In this document: in pieces, positions 52,395 through 64,000 of the stretch
How the letters are laid out: each line of letters starts with the position of its first letter
Numbering within the stretch: position 1 is the first letter of the stretch
Assembly: GCF_033153115.1 (NCBI RefSeq)
Contig: NW_026889751.1
Coordinates: 23,746,001 to 23,810,000 of the forward strand
From: Saccostrea echinata
Taxonomy: Eukaryota
Direction of reading: 5' to 3'
DNA length: 64,000 nt
Notes under the pieces: generated by a model
Database searches by the model: none
Seen by the model: the letters and a program-made list of their open reading frames with translations, nothing else
What the model was told of the DNA's origin: nothing
Program-made: the position numbers and the translations under genes

Positions 52395-54277
52395 TATACA
52401 TGTATATAATTTGGCTCACAAATAAGAAGGGTACCTGATTTTAAGAGGACAATATTTCTGTATCATCTTACATATATGAAGTTTAGATAAAAGCTAAATT
52501 AATTCACAGTATTTGTAACATTATCGATATTTGGATCTACCAGAGTGGTAACTATTGTGGAATATTGCTAAAAATGTTGTAGATTATTATTACATGTATC
52601 AGATATCTGCAAAACAGTTGGAAAAAACAGAAGTGACAAAGCAATTTAGGAATTAAAAAAGGGATGGGGTGGTGGGAGGGGGTTGGGATCTGAATACTGA
52701 AATTTATAATACAACATTCCTTGAAAATGGAATAAAGGGATTAAGTCAGCTTCATATGTATAGTGAATTAATTTAAAACAGGTCCTACATTAAATGTAGC
52801 TCAAAAAAAGGGAAGAAATGGGTATTTCTCCTGTACCTCCTTCATGTAGGGGGGGGGGGATGGAAGGGAATCGGAGTTAACGTTGAATTCAAAGCACATA
52901 CATAAAATGTCTGCGTATCTAAATCTAAAGTAATATTTTCAAAGCTGTTGACCATAAAAATTGAAAATTAGGGTGGCTTAATGGAAGTCTGTTTTTGAGT
53001 GTACCATCGTTTTGTTCCATGCTTTAATCATTTGATTTGAGTAACGCTGATGCATAATGCTCTTTTATAAATACTGATATTATATGTCTTCTGACATTAC
53101 GCATTTCATAATGACATTACACATTTTCTCACAATTTTTGATTTTTGTTTTTTTTTTTAAATACATACGATAAATCAGGTATTCCTTAAAATTATACTGT
53201 TCATCACCTGATATAATATCGTACAAAGACACGGACTACCCGCAGCAACACATGTATCCTATAAATATCATCCGATTAGCCTTCCGTTCGCAACTTGTTA
53301 AAAGTCTTCGCTACGTTGCCTTAAAAATTCCCAGCAAATCCTCTTCGGTCATAAACAACATGAACAAAAGGTACTGTCTGTGTAATATGAAGTGGTCAGA
53401 ATCTTTACATTTAATAAAAAATAAACAATATATTACTGGGCTTTTAATACAGGCTTGAAATAAATCTATTTTTACCTAGTGCGTCACAGCTGACATATTG
53501 ATCAGGCTTAATATAACTTTTTTATCCATAAAGGATTATCATTGTAACACTGCATATTCAAACAACATTAAGGATACATAACACAAACAAAAATTTGATG
53601 CATGGATTGATATAAATTTTTTGACTGAATTTGTTTAGAAAAGACATAAATAATAAATCCCTAAAATATAAAGAAGTCGTAAGTTTTCTTTCTTTGGTAC
53701 TTAGATATGCGACTTTGTGTCGTTTTCTATGTAATTCGATCAATACAAAAATTTCCACATATTTTTAACATTGTGAAAAAATTGTACAAAATTCTCCCAC
53801 TTTACATGGCAAACCTTATACAGGTTACCTATTTGAATATAAATCTATGAGAAATATTGCTGATTTGTGAAAAAAGTTTGTTTGAGTTATTTATCCTTAA
53901 TAATCCACATGTTTTCTAAACTCACATGGAAATCTTTTGAAACTTGTAATTATAATGTTATTAAAGATATACACCCATTTTCTACTACTTATGAAATGTA
54001 ATTGCTAGCCTATATATATTTTATTAATTGTAATATTTCAACATCATTAAAAACCTTGTCAAAGAACACAATTATATTCTTGTTTGGGTAATTAACTTTT
54101 ACTTAACTTAATTAGTATGTACTAAAGGAAGTAATTTAGGGATTGTCTAATAGTTAACCAAGTGATAAAACAAAGACATGCCTATTTCTTACAATATTAC
54201 CCAAGAGTATAATGTTTTAATTTCCAAATTTGTTTCAGCCAAAGTTCTATCATTCTTTATTAAAAGCCTCTGTTGGA

Positions 54278-54632
54278 TTGATTGATTGGTTGATTGTATG
54301 TTGTTTTATCTCCTGTTCGAGAATTTTTCACTCAAATAGAGATGTCACCATATACCGGTGTAGGGCTTCAAATTTAGACCTTTACTCGGCACTCAGGGCC
54401 ATTGAGCAATGAGGGATCTTTATCATGCCAACGCCTTCCTTGACACGGGGCCTCTGTTTTTTAAGGTCTCATCCGAAGGATCCACAACTTTCACTTCAAA
54501 GAGCTGAACGCTTGGGGAAGGAACAGCTGCTACCTATTTTATCGACTTAGCTAGGTCAGTCGCGGCCGTGATTTGAACACACAACCTTTCGATCATGGAG
54601 CGAGCGCTCTACCATCTGAGCTACAGACAGTA
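54278..54632 (-). mobile_element. tRNA-derived SINE (head type B), uninterrupted
   Basis: Colinear with 13725-13982 + 16661-16759; (attg)n tail; TSD cctctgttgga/cctgtgttgga. Confidence 0.9.
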
Positions 54633-55228
54633 CCTGTGTTGGAAAAGCATGCATTTTCATTCAAAAAACTAAGAAGCCAATTTCATTTATAATACTGGTA
54701 ATTATTTGCATATATAAATGACAATGTTGATGATAAACGTAATGTTAAATCTTAATATCCTTTCTCACAGTTTGTTACATCATTGATATGAGTTCACTGC
54801 CCTTTTTTGGCCCCTCTTTTTGGGTTACACCCAATCGCTCAGAAATGCAAAGAATGCAGTAATTCATCAATTAAAGTCCTGTTCTAAAATCCTTACTAAA
54901 TTAGAAAAGGTTTTAAAACAGAAGATCATAAATTTTTTAATTATATTTTGATTTTTAATACATGTACCAAAAATGACAATTTGAATTCACTTAAATGTAA
55001 TCTTTATAATTACAGCACATAGTCCTTTAGCAAAAGGATACAATTTACTGTATCTTTATGATCATTTGTTAATAAATCAATATTTCATTTGTTTTTTTTA
55101 GTTTTTTATTTATAATCACTGGCTATAATGAGCATGTATACCCATCCTGTTAAAATTTTTGTCAGTGTGTATACATGTATGCATGTACACAAAATATTTC
55201 AATTATAAAATTTTGTGCTTTCAATTAA

Positions 55229-56586
55229 AAACAACTAAAACCATGTCCATAGGACATGAATGCCCCACCGTGGGTATATCAATAATGCAACACAGTCTAT
55301 GCGAAAGTCTAAAATTTTTACAGGACATACGGTCTGGTAAAAATATATATTTTACCAGACCAAGCATTTACTTACCAGACCGACCTTTTTCTTTAAATTA
55401 ATTCATACATCATTATGATTCAGAGATTGAAAAGAGGGGTGGGGGGGGTGGGGGTGGGGGGGTGTATTCTCACTGTTAAATTGAACCTTACATAGATCCA
55501 GAGTTGAGATTATTAAAAAAAAATGATTTTATTGAAATGAACAAACTTATTATTGTTTTTTTTTTGTTTAAAGGTAGTACATATGACAAATGCATACAAT
55601 TTTCTCTTTTTCTGGTTATTTGACACATACAAACGAAATATACAGTGTCAAAGTTTTTTTTCTAAAACTTAAGAAAATGCACTTTAAAATATATTTATTT
55701 ATTTCCTGAAGTGACTCATAATAGTTACTCTTGTTTAGTAATGAAAATAATCTACCCAACCGAATCTAAGTATGAGCTATCTATAGATCTATATTCCATG
55801 ACAGAGGAAATTCGAAATAACCGATCATGACAGGGTTGATATAGATTAAAATTAATCATGCTAAATGGATCGAATAAAGGATATGAGTGGAAAATAAGAC
55901 CATATGAACATGTAAATTCAGATTTTTAGGCCTTATTTTTTCATCGGACATTTGGTCCTGGATCCTGAATTTTTTTACCGACCCGAACCAAATTTTACCG
56001 GTAAAAACCGACGGTCCGGTGACTTTCGCATAGACTGGCAACATGAAAATTTGCATTACTGTATGAAGTTTGATGAGAATATCTTAAATAGTTTCTTGAA
56101 AATTGAAACTGAAATCTAAAAAAATTGGATATGGATGATAAATTCTCATCAAAATTATGTATAAGTGCATAAGCTTACATTAAAATATCTTAATTGGTTT
56201 CTATAAAACTAAGCAAAATGCAAATTTTAGAAAAGGGAGGCCAAGGTCACAGGAAAGTTCAAGGTCAAAAGTTTTTGATGCAGTTGAATAGCTCTCAATA
56301 ATACATATCAGCATATGAAATCTTGAATGGATTCTTTAAAACTGAGCTAAACACTAATTAAAGAAAAGTGAGGTCAAGGTCAAAGGATAGCTCAAGGTAA
56401 AAAAAAAGTTGACGCAATTAAAAAGCTCTCATCACTTAATGTATCAGCATATATGAAGTTTGATAAAATTATCTTGTCATGAATAGTTTCTTTGAAACTG
56501 AGCTTTGAACTGAGCTAAATGCAAATTGGGACAGAAGGATGGAAGAGGACATGACAAACTCTGTATGCCCCTGTGGGGCATAAAAA
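55229..56586 (-). mobile_element. HINE-like element hosting a nested TIR element
   Basis: Hairpin catgtcc-ata-ggacatg, subTIRs atgcccc / ggggcat, internal aaggtcaa modules. Confidence 0.55.
55293..56037. mobile_element. TIR element with 6-bp TSD
   Basis: Perfect 17-bp TIR cagtctatgcgaaagtc flanked by gcaaca on both sides. Confidence 0.8.
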
Positions 56587-57732
56587 TTGCTAGGATTTTC
56601 TGATGGATGTGTTTTATTGGGATCTGTCTCTTTCTCTACAGTTTAATCATTGCTGACAAATTTATTGTTTTATTTTATGTTTTTTTTTTTTACAAAGCCA
56701 TGATAATAAATTTTGGAAATACAATGAAACAATTCATAGATATGATTAAATACCCTAATGTAGATTTTCCAAAGGGTTTGGAAAAGTTTTGGAATTCCAT
56801 GGAATTCCAAACATTTCCATACAAGAGTCTAAAAGTGTTTTTGGAAGTTTTTGGAATCTTTTGGAATTTGAATAACAAATTTGGACTTAGACATTTTGAG
56901 GTTTGGAAAGTTGTGGAATTCTATGGAAAAGCTGATAAAATGAGAAACTTAGACATTTTCTGCTCTGGAAAGCTGTGGAAAATAACTTAGATTTTTTCCT
57001 TAAACTGTCGGCTCATAGTACAATTACGTCGGGATCGATGTCGGGCTCGATGAACAATTAATTTAAACTACAGCCCGCCAAAATTCAACAATTCGGCTGC
57101 CGTGTTGTATTGTTGGACAGAAGGAAAGAGAGTGTCACGAAGAAGGGAACTGCTGTTATTATTAGCTTGGAATGGAATTTGTATTTTGACAAAAGATGCA
57201 GACATTTTAAGACCTGGTAGGTACAATGTACAGTAATCAGTATTTTATGTGTTCTTGAAGTTGAATGGATAATTGACTGTTCCTCAGTCTGGGCACCACA
57301 CACATAGAATGCCCGACGATGAAACCATTAGGGCGAGTTTCATTTCTTTAATAATTATTGTACAACTCTAAACATCTCTTATCAAAATATGTTTGAACAA
57401 TGTGTGGATTTCAACCCAAATTTCCTCCGTTCGTACATGTCCTTAGACCTCGCTATATATGCTAGTGGCACTTTGCCAATTGCGCCACGACAGTCCATGT
57501 TACATCGTACACAGACATCATAACACTATTAGTGTCTCCAATATGTTGCAACATGCAACATCTAAATTGGCTATCTTTACCATGTTTACAACAAAGAAAA
57601 AACGTGTAGACGGTGGTAGACAAATAATGCTCTATAAGCTGTCTATATGATATAAAGTTGTGCACAACTTAGTTGCGGTAGACCCAAGCCTCTATTTAGT
57701 TTCACAGACTACCACCAACAAAGGCATTTCAA

Positions 57733-58814
57733 CAGGTCTAGGCGGCCTCTGTTTTTGGAGGATAGATTTTATCTTCTGAAAACAGAGGATAGCGGTCTTG
57801 CCACCTACCGGAATTTTCAAAACCAAGGGCAGTTAACTCGTCACCAAACAAATAACCACAACTCTTGCACTTATGAACTGTGCGCTGATTTCGCAATCAA
57901 AACAAATAAAAGGTATAATTTCATATAATGATGGATAATTCTAGATATTAAATCAATATAACTATATTTTTGTAATTGCCGTCAATCAGTATTCCGTATA
58001 CAGCTTGGAAAACAAATATTACGCTTACCTGCCCGTGACTGAGGTAAACTATAACCACGCTTATTTCCAAGTACCGTAGTTATGTAATAAGCAGTTTAGA
58101 AATTTTGATAATCAATTTTTTTTTTTGGAAAAATTAAGTTTAATCATGTATTATTTCTTTCATTTTATAATTCTTAAGCACATCACTTTGTAATATTTTA
58201 TTTGTTTATGTATAAACATGGCTGTATAAATAAATGTTAATTTCTTCGCAAACATGTTAAATCATTATTTTATTTATTTATGCTATTCAAATTATTTATT
58301 TTTATAATTATTCATTCAATCCATTTTAATTATAGTTTTGTTTGCTTAAATCATAAGGCAGAGTATATTTTGCATTTTAAATACGCTTAAAATACGTTTC
58401 CTTTTGTGTTTCCTTTCGTCCTCCATTTTTGAATTAAAAGAAAATATCGAAGAAATATAAAAGTCCTTTTTTTATTTGTTTAAGTAGGGAAAAAATGAAA
58501 AATAACACAAAATAACAAGAAATATTCAGTAATAATGGACCGCAAAAAGTGCCAACTTTGAAAATAAATTACAAAATATCTAGACATAGAATCTCAAATC
58601 GCCACATACAATCGATAGTTTAATGTTTGAAATTTTATTTACATGTACTTTTTGATTAAAGGTAGGCACGAGGCCTTTGAAAATTACCTGTGTTATCCTC
58701 TGAAATCGGAGGATAAACTATCCTACAATGCAATGCGGTTTCCATATATGGTAAAAAATTTGGCCGCCATATTGAATCTAGTTATCCTCCAAAAACGGAG
58801 GCCGCCCAGACCTG
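57733..58814. mobile_element. TIR element with 5-bp TSD nested in the 5-kb element
   Basis: ~32-bp TIR caggtctRggcggcctcYgtttttggaggata; TTCAA on both sides (57728-57732, 58815-58819). Confidence 0.8.
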
Positions 58815-59475
58815 TTCAAGTCTTCCTTACTTTCAGACCTTTAGTACTTGCACAGATAATTTAAATATAGTCCCCCCCCCCCCCCCCCCCCATTATGGAA
58901 ATTTATTTCTCTTCCATGCTCAGTGGTGTCGGCAGCCTCTTTGGGGCCAGTTCAGAACTCTGGTCTGAATTATTAGCTAATAACATTCCTTAGTACATGT
59001 ACTACTTACATTTACAGAGTACATTGTAAATAATTGTATCTATTTTTTAATGCATGTTCATGATCATTCACAGCACTTACTTTTATTATTTTATAGCTGA
59101 AGTACTCGATTTGCACAGCGCCTGCATATAATCATCAAGTTTGATGAAATGTCCTAATATGTAGATGTAGATGCTAAGTCATTCAGTCACCTAGCTTGTG
59201 AGAATGGTGAGAGCCTGCTCAAATTATCATTCAGCACAAATAAACTAACATTGTTTTTATTAATTAATGTTTTATAGCGTAAGATTTTTTTTATTGAGCA
59301 AGTAACAAGAGGTTTATATTCTTAATTCCTTAATAATGCATAACAATTATAACTTTTGACAGGTAATCTAAACATGCTAAATGCTACATGCATAATCATT
59401 TTACATTTTATTTAAGTATAAATATTAAAAATGACTATACTCTATGACATAAAATCATGCATGCATTATTTACAG

Positions 59476-60690
59476 GAATGCTCACAAAAAGGACAAGAGC
59501 GAGAGAGCTGTATGGAAATTTATACAAAGGTAAGATTTTTTAATCATTTTCCTAATCAATAAAATCAAAAGAATTGAAATTATGTGTTTATCAATGTTAG
59601 CCAGGCATTGAGAAAAGTTATTATGAACCTTAGACTCCACTCTTTCAAATATATTTTAGTTATTTTAAGAAGTTGTTGCTTTTAACTTAATGTTTCCTAT
59701 GTCAGCTAGTTCTCTGTCCTGTTCACAAGTTTTTACCTACGCCTTGTCAATGTCATTCATCATATTCTTACACAAACCTATAACCTTCGTTGCAGATATA
59801 AATTTCCAGAAATAAAGAAGCACATGTATACATGTACTAATATATTATCTTACTCAATACTGAATTGTTGAGGCATGGAAGTTACATGTATTTATAACAG
59901 TTTATTTAATATTTTCTTAATTTTTCAAAAATAAAGTATATGTACATGTATTTGCATGTTTGAAGCCTAGAACAAATGTATTCTATATATTCACTTTATA
60001 TTATTTGCTTTGTCTATATTTTTGTTACATTGTAAATTAACCAATGTGCATTTAAAGCAATTACATATGCCTATAAATTCGTCTTTTCCTCTTTTCAAGG
60101 GTCAGTTAACGGAGTAAGCTGATATGGAGGATAATATATCAAAGGCAGCATAGGCGTCCAAACTCCTGTTCAAGGTGCTTTTAATCAGAAGCTTAAGAGA
60201 CAAAAGACGAGCCATTGACAAGGCAAAACTGAATGTTTTATATGGTATATAAATTATATTTACTAATGTACTTTTTTTCATACCTTAACTTTATTTGCTG
60301 AATGTTTTTAAGGGTACATAGTTTATGTAATTTACAATGTTCTCTCTCATATTCAAGGTTAATTAACTTAGACACAATCATGTCTCTTCATTTTTTTTTA
60401 ATTTCACAACTTCCATTAGTTTAAAAAGAAATCAATCCTAATCTGAACAAAAAATTACAAGATAATAAATTCCTATTCTACAGTATTAAACTGATCTGCC
60501 AGGTTGAAAGAACCAATTGTCTTATATAGCTTTAGTTTATTATTTGTCATATATTTATACATGAGATAGATATCAAACATCTTTATGGTAATCTTTTCTT
60601 TCAGAAATTGAGCAAGAAAAGTTTGAAGTGTCTTTGGGAATGATCAACATCAAACTTGCTGAGCTTTTGAAGCCGTCGTACCAAAAGTGA
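59476..60690 (+). pseudogene. Decayed spliced gene with BEN-domain-like C-terminus inside the transposon
   Basis: AG/GT-bounded segments 59476-59529, 60100-60244, 60605-60690; the last two splice to ..ASKLLFKVLLIRSLRDKRRAIDKAKLNVLYEIEQEKFEVSLGMINIKLAELLKPSYQK*, with two in-frame stops upstream. BEN similarity judged by eye. Confidence 0.5.
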
Positions 60691-62479
60691 ATCCATTCGT
60701 GACACCAGTTATCTGACCACCCTCTAACAGAACCAGTGAGGAAGTGATTCTAGCCAATACTTCAGAAGTTTAGGACCCTCAATAATTAGGATCTTGGGGC
60801 ATGTTGGGGAAAAAAATAGCATGTGTTGATTTTATGGGATCTTTCAAATATAGTTGTGTAGTAGATATTTGTGTACTTAATACATATGTTTGTCACTCTA
60901 GTCATTAACTTTGTATGGTAAATGTATATGGACCACTGGAAGATCATTGTAACTGTATACAAATGTTGCAAATATACCCTGTTAAGGCTTTAGTGACCTT
61001 TCCCAAGGTCATTCAATGAAGCAAAAGGTCATAATTAATGTTTTTTTTAAAAATCTATTTTGTTTTATTATTAAAAAATGTCATATGTTTGAGATTACTC
61101 TAGGTACAAAGGATTTTCTTTAACCAAAAGTCATTTGTTTCTCATGCAGACCGTAATTTACTACATGTACATGCATGTATATTATAATAATTCTCATTAA
61201 TTAAACCAAGGTGATCATCCAGTAATGATATTTTTCTGTGGATTTTTAACATTGTTTAAATAATCTTTGATGTAAAATACTTTCATTGATAATACTTTTT
61301 AAAATTTGTGCTTTCATTATACATAGAAGTGTGTATGCAATGTTTGTCCCCAAACACATTGTAAAGCAAAAATGATTTTTTATTTTGAAAATATAGATTT
61401 GATTTATGAAAAATTGTGATGTAGTCATTTTTTTTTTGTAATTATTTGGCCCTTAAATTATTTTGATTATTCCAGTTTTTGTATTTTCCTGGAATTCCTT
61501 GGATTTCCGTGGAATTCCATAGATTTCCAAATATCCTGGAATTCCATGGATTTCCAGCTATTTCCGCAAATTTCTATTCTGGCATTGTTCCGCTCTTTTC
61601 CAGGCTAGATTTGAAATTCCATACCATTCCAAAAAAGTTCCGTCCCAATACTCTCGAGAATTCCTCGGAATTCCATGGAACACTTTTTCCATGGAATTCC
61701 ACGGAATTTGTTATGGAATTCCACGGATCTTATGGAAAATCTACATTAGGGTACTTATTTAAACTATTAATAATAAATGCTTTGTTCAATGTTCATGTAC
61801 ACACATGTAAATCTTATGTTGTCCCTATATGTATACTACATACATTTATTAGCTGTTGATCACTTATTTAATACAATGAAGCAGTTAACAGTTTATAAAC
61901 TTTGGACTGAATTTCCATCACTTTATAACATACATTTATTACATCATTATGTTTTATAATGATCCCCAACATCAATGGTGGGGGGTGGGTGGGGGATATT
62001 TATCTGCTTCCTCCCACCCTGTATCTCTCTTAAACGCCTTTTCCCAAATCCTCTTTTCCTCCTGATTTCCTCCCTCTTTGGAATAGGTTTCTTCATTATA
62101 AATCTAGTGGAGGCATTAAAACTTCAATGAACATTTGATTTTTGTGGATCAACTCAACAACAAAAATTGGTGTTCGATGAATTACCACAGTAGTACTGTC
62201 AGTACCATTGTTTGCGGTTTTGTTGTTGTTGTTGTTTTTTTAAGGGGGGTGGGGTGGGTGGGTGGTGGTGTTGAATAATTGAAGTGAAGTATAACACTTT
62301 AACTTGCAGAGTTTGTTGTCCTTTCCAATTTTATTGAATATTGCTTTCATTAAATTAAAGATTTTACATACAAGTAGAGACTTCCTTATCTACGAAACCA
62401 AATTTTAAGCACACCTTAATTCTTTTCTTCTATGATTGCTGCCATGAATGACTTTATGTATTATGGATTCTGTATTAAA

Positions 62480-62635
62480 ACAAACAAGGGAACCACAAAG
62501 TGGGGGATTCCCTCCGCAAGCACTTCGATCCTGATGTAAATTATTACTTCCATTATCCACAAACTCACTCACTCACTTATACACACTCACACAGGCATTA
62601 CCATATCCCCTCCAACTAAACTGGGAGGGGATAAT
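62480..62635 (-). mobile_element. Short HINE-like remnant
   Basis: (cact)n tract and terminal hairpin atcccctcc..ggaggggat. Confidence 0.4.
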
Positions 62636-63909
62636 ACAAAGGTAAAGTGGATGCAACCAAATACATAAAACCTTGCCATGGAAAAGCAAGGGATCTTCTA
62701 CATTAGCCCCAGTTTATTACATTTTGTAATTTTATGCATCCCTTAAATGGATAGTCCCTACAAGCATGACAAGTAATTGGCTTGTATATAATTGGAATTC
62801 TCAGTACTGCAGATTATGAGATTTGAACCTATAACTTTCAGATGTAATCCTAACCAAACACAAACTGTACTAATTTGACACTTAAAGTACTGTCACCATG
62901 TCTTTCATCATTAATGAACCTGCCTGCAAATGTAAACAGGTACTTTAAATTCTAATTCATCATATTTGTGAGCGAATAGCTATTTTTGAACTTTTCTAAA
63001 GAGCATTCTATCATACTTAATATCAAACTTTTTCTTTTGAACCTGCATGAACAAGAACTCCTTAGCAGAATTTTAAAATCTTGCCATCCATTCCTATATG
63101 CATGGCAACCTGAGCTGATTGGTCGAATTATTAGGAAGTTAACACTTGTTAAAAACATGTACAAATTACCACTGTCATTCTAAAAATAATGCAAAAATGA
63201 AGATTGTCATAATGCATGTTCTTTTTTCAAATTCATCTTTCCATGTTCGCATGTTTCTGAAAAGTTCCCCTTAGAATATATGTGCGTACATGATAATACA
63301 TGTACATTTTAAATGTTCTTGCATGGTCTCCACTAGTTTTCTTTTCCATATTGTACATGTATAATGTAACTCCCTTGGATGTGAAAGATTTTACAAATAA
63401 TTTTGAAAAATGTGACTGCTGTGGTATAAATTAAAAATTTCTATAGCTTTTAACCACACCATTTTACTGTGGATTCACAGGTGCATTTACATTTATATTA
63501 GCAATCAAGAAAAAAGAATTCTGAGATAAAAGTCTATTCAGATTTCCCATCATAACCCTAAGTGAGATAATCTAAAGCAAGTATTGTCACTCAATATAAT
63601 GTTGTCAGCAAGCCAGATGACCCCTGTGTTAGTCAGAGAGAAAGAGAGAGAGAATTGTATGAATATAGATAGCTTTACAAGTGGCAGCTGCTGTATTTAA
63701 TAAACCGTCTTGTATTTTACATTAAAAGCAATCATGTTCGGAGTGCAAAGAGAGTGGTGTCTTGGAAATAGATTGAGTTGGAATAAGAAAGTGCTCCCTG
63801 TATACAAATGATCTAAGGGTATACACCAATAAATAATATACTGAAAGCTGGATGTGAGCATCAAATTATATATTTGCAATAATATATGTCTTGAACTAAG
63901 ACAACTCAC

Positions 63910-63924
63910 CCCTTCAGTTCCAAA
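63910..63924 (-). other. Candidate 15-nt microexon (FGTEG if phase 0)
   Basis: tgcatggttttattttttcag|TTTGGAACTGAAGGG|gtgagt. Confidence 0.45.
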
Positions 63925-64000
63925 CTGAAAAAATAAAACCATGCACATTTTGGATTCTTGATATATTAGCTAGCTGTCAAGCATCATTTACATAGTACAT

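Larger units (their letters stand above)
56753..61751. mobile_element. 5-kb CCC..GGG TIR transposon (EnSpm/CMC-like), non-autonomous
   Basis: 19-bp TIR ccctaatgtagattttcca, TA on both sides, dense subterminal ggaattcc repeats at 56790-56980 and 61490-61725. Confidence 0.8.

Noticed and set aside
56607-56990. 127-aa ORF and its mirror at 61479-61859
   Set aside because: Translations of the ggaattcc subterminal repeats of the 5-kb transposon.

Overview
AT-rich eukaryotic (metazoan) genomic DNA. The repeat families (tRNA-SINEs, Helentron-associated satellite-bearing elements, Penelope-like RT remnants) suggest a bivalve, probably an oyster; this is inference. Three spliced minus-strand genes were reconstructed by hand: the 5' part of a SIRT2-like sirtuin (runs off the window start), a complete 7-exon mARC/MOSC molybdoenzyme (324 aa), and the catalytic part of an inositol-1,4,5-trisphosphate 3-kinase (353 aa with the nearest candidate first exon; longer isoforms may start beyond the window). 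Most entries in the ORF track are not real genes. The rest is densely nested mobile DNA. Highlights: a TIR element inserted at AAA|TTT with no target-site duplication (Spy-like) inside a SINE; a U12-type minor intron in IP3K; a candidate 15-nt microexon; a 5-kb CCC..GGG/TA element carrying a decayed spliced BEN-like gene; and about 50 copies of TACATGTA, three of which align as CATGTA insertions at TA sites and are probably transposon excision scars. All coordinates and counts were read by eye.
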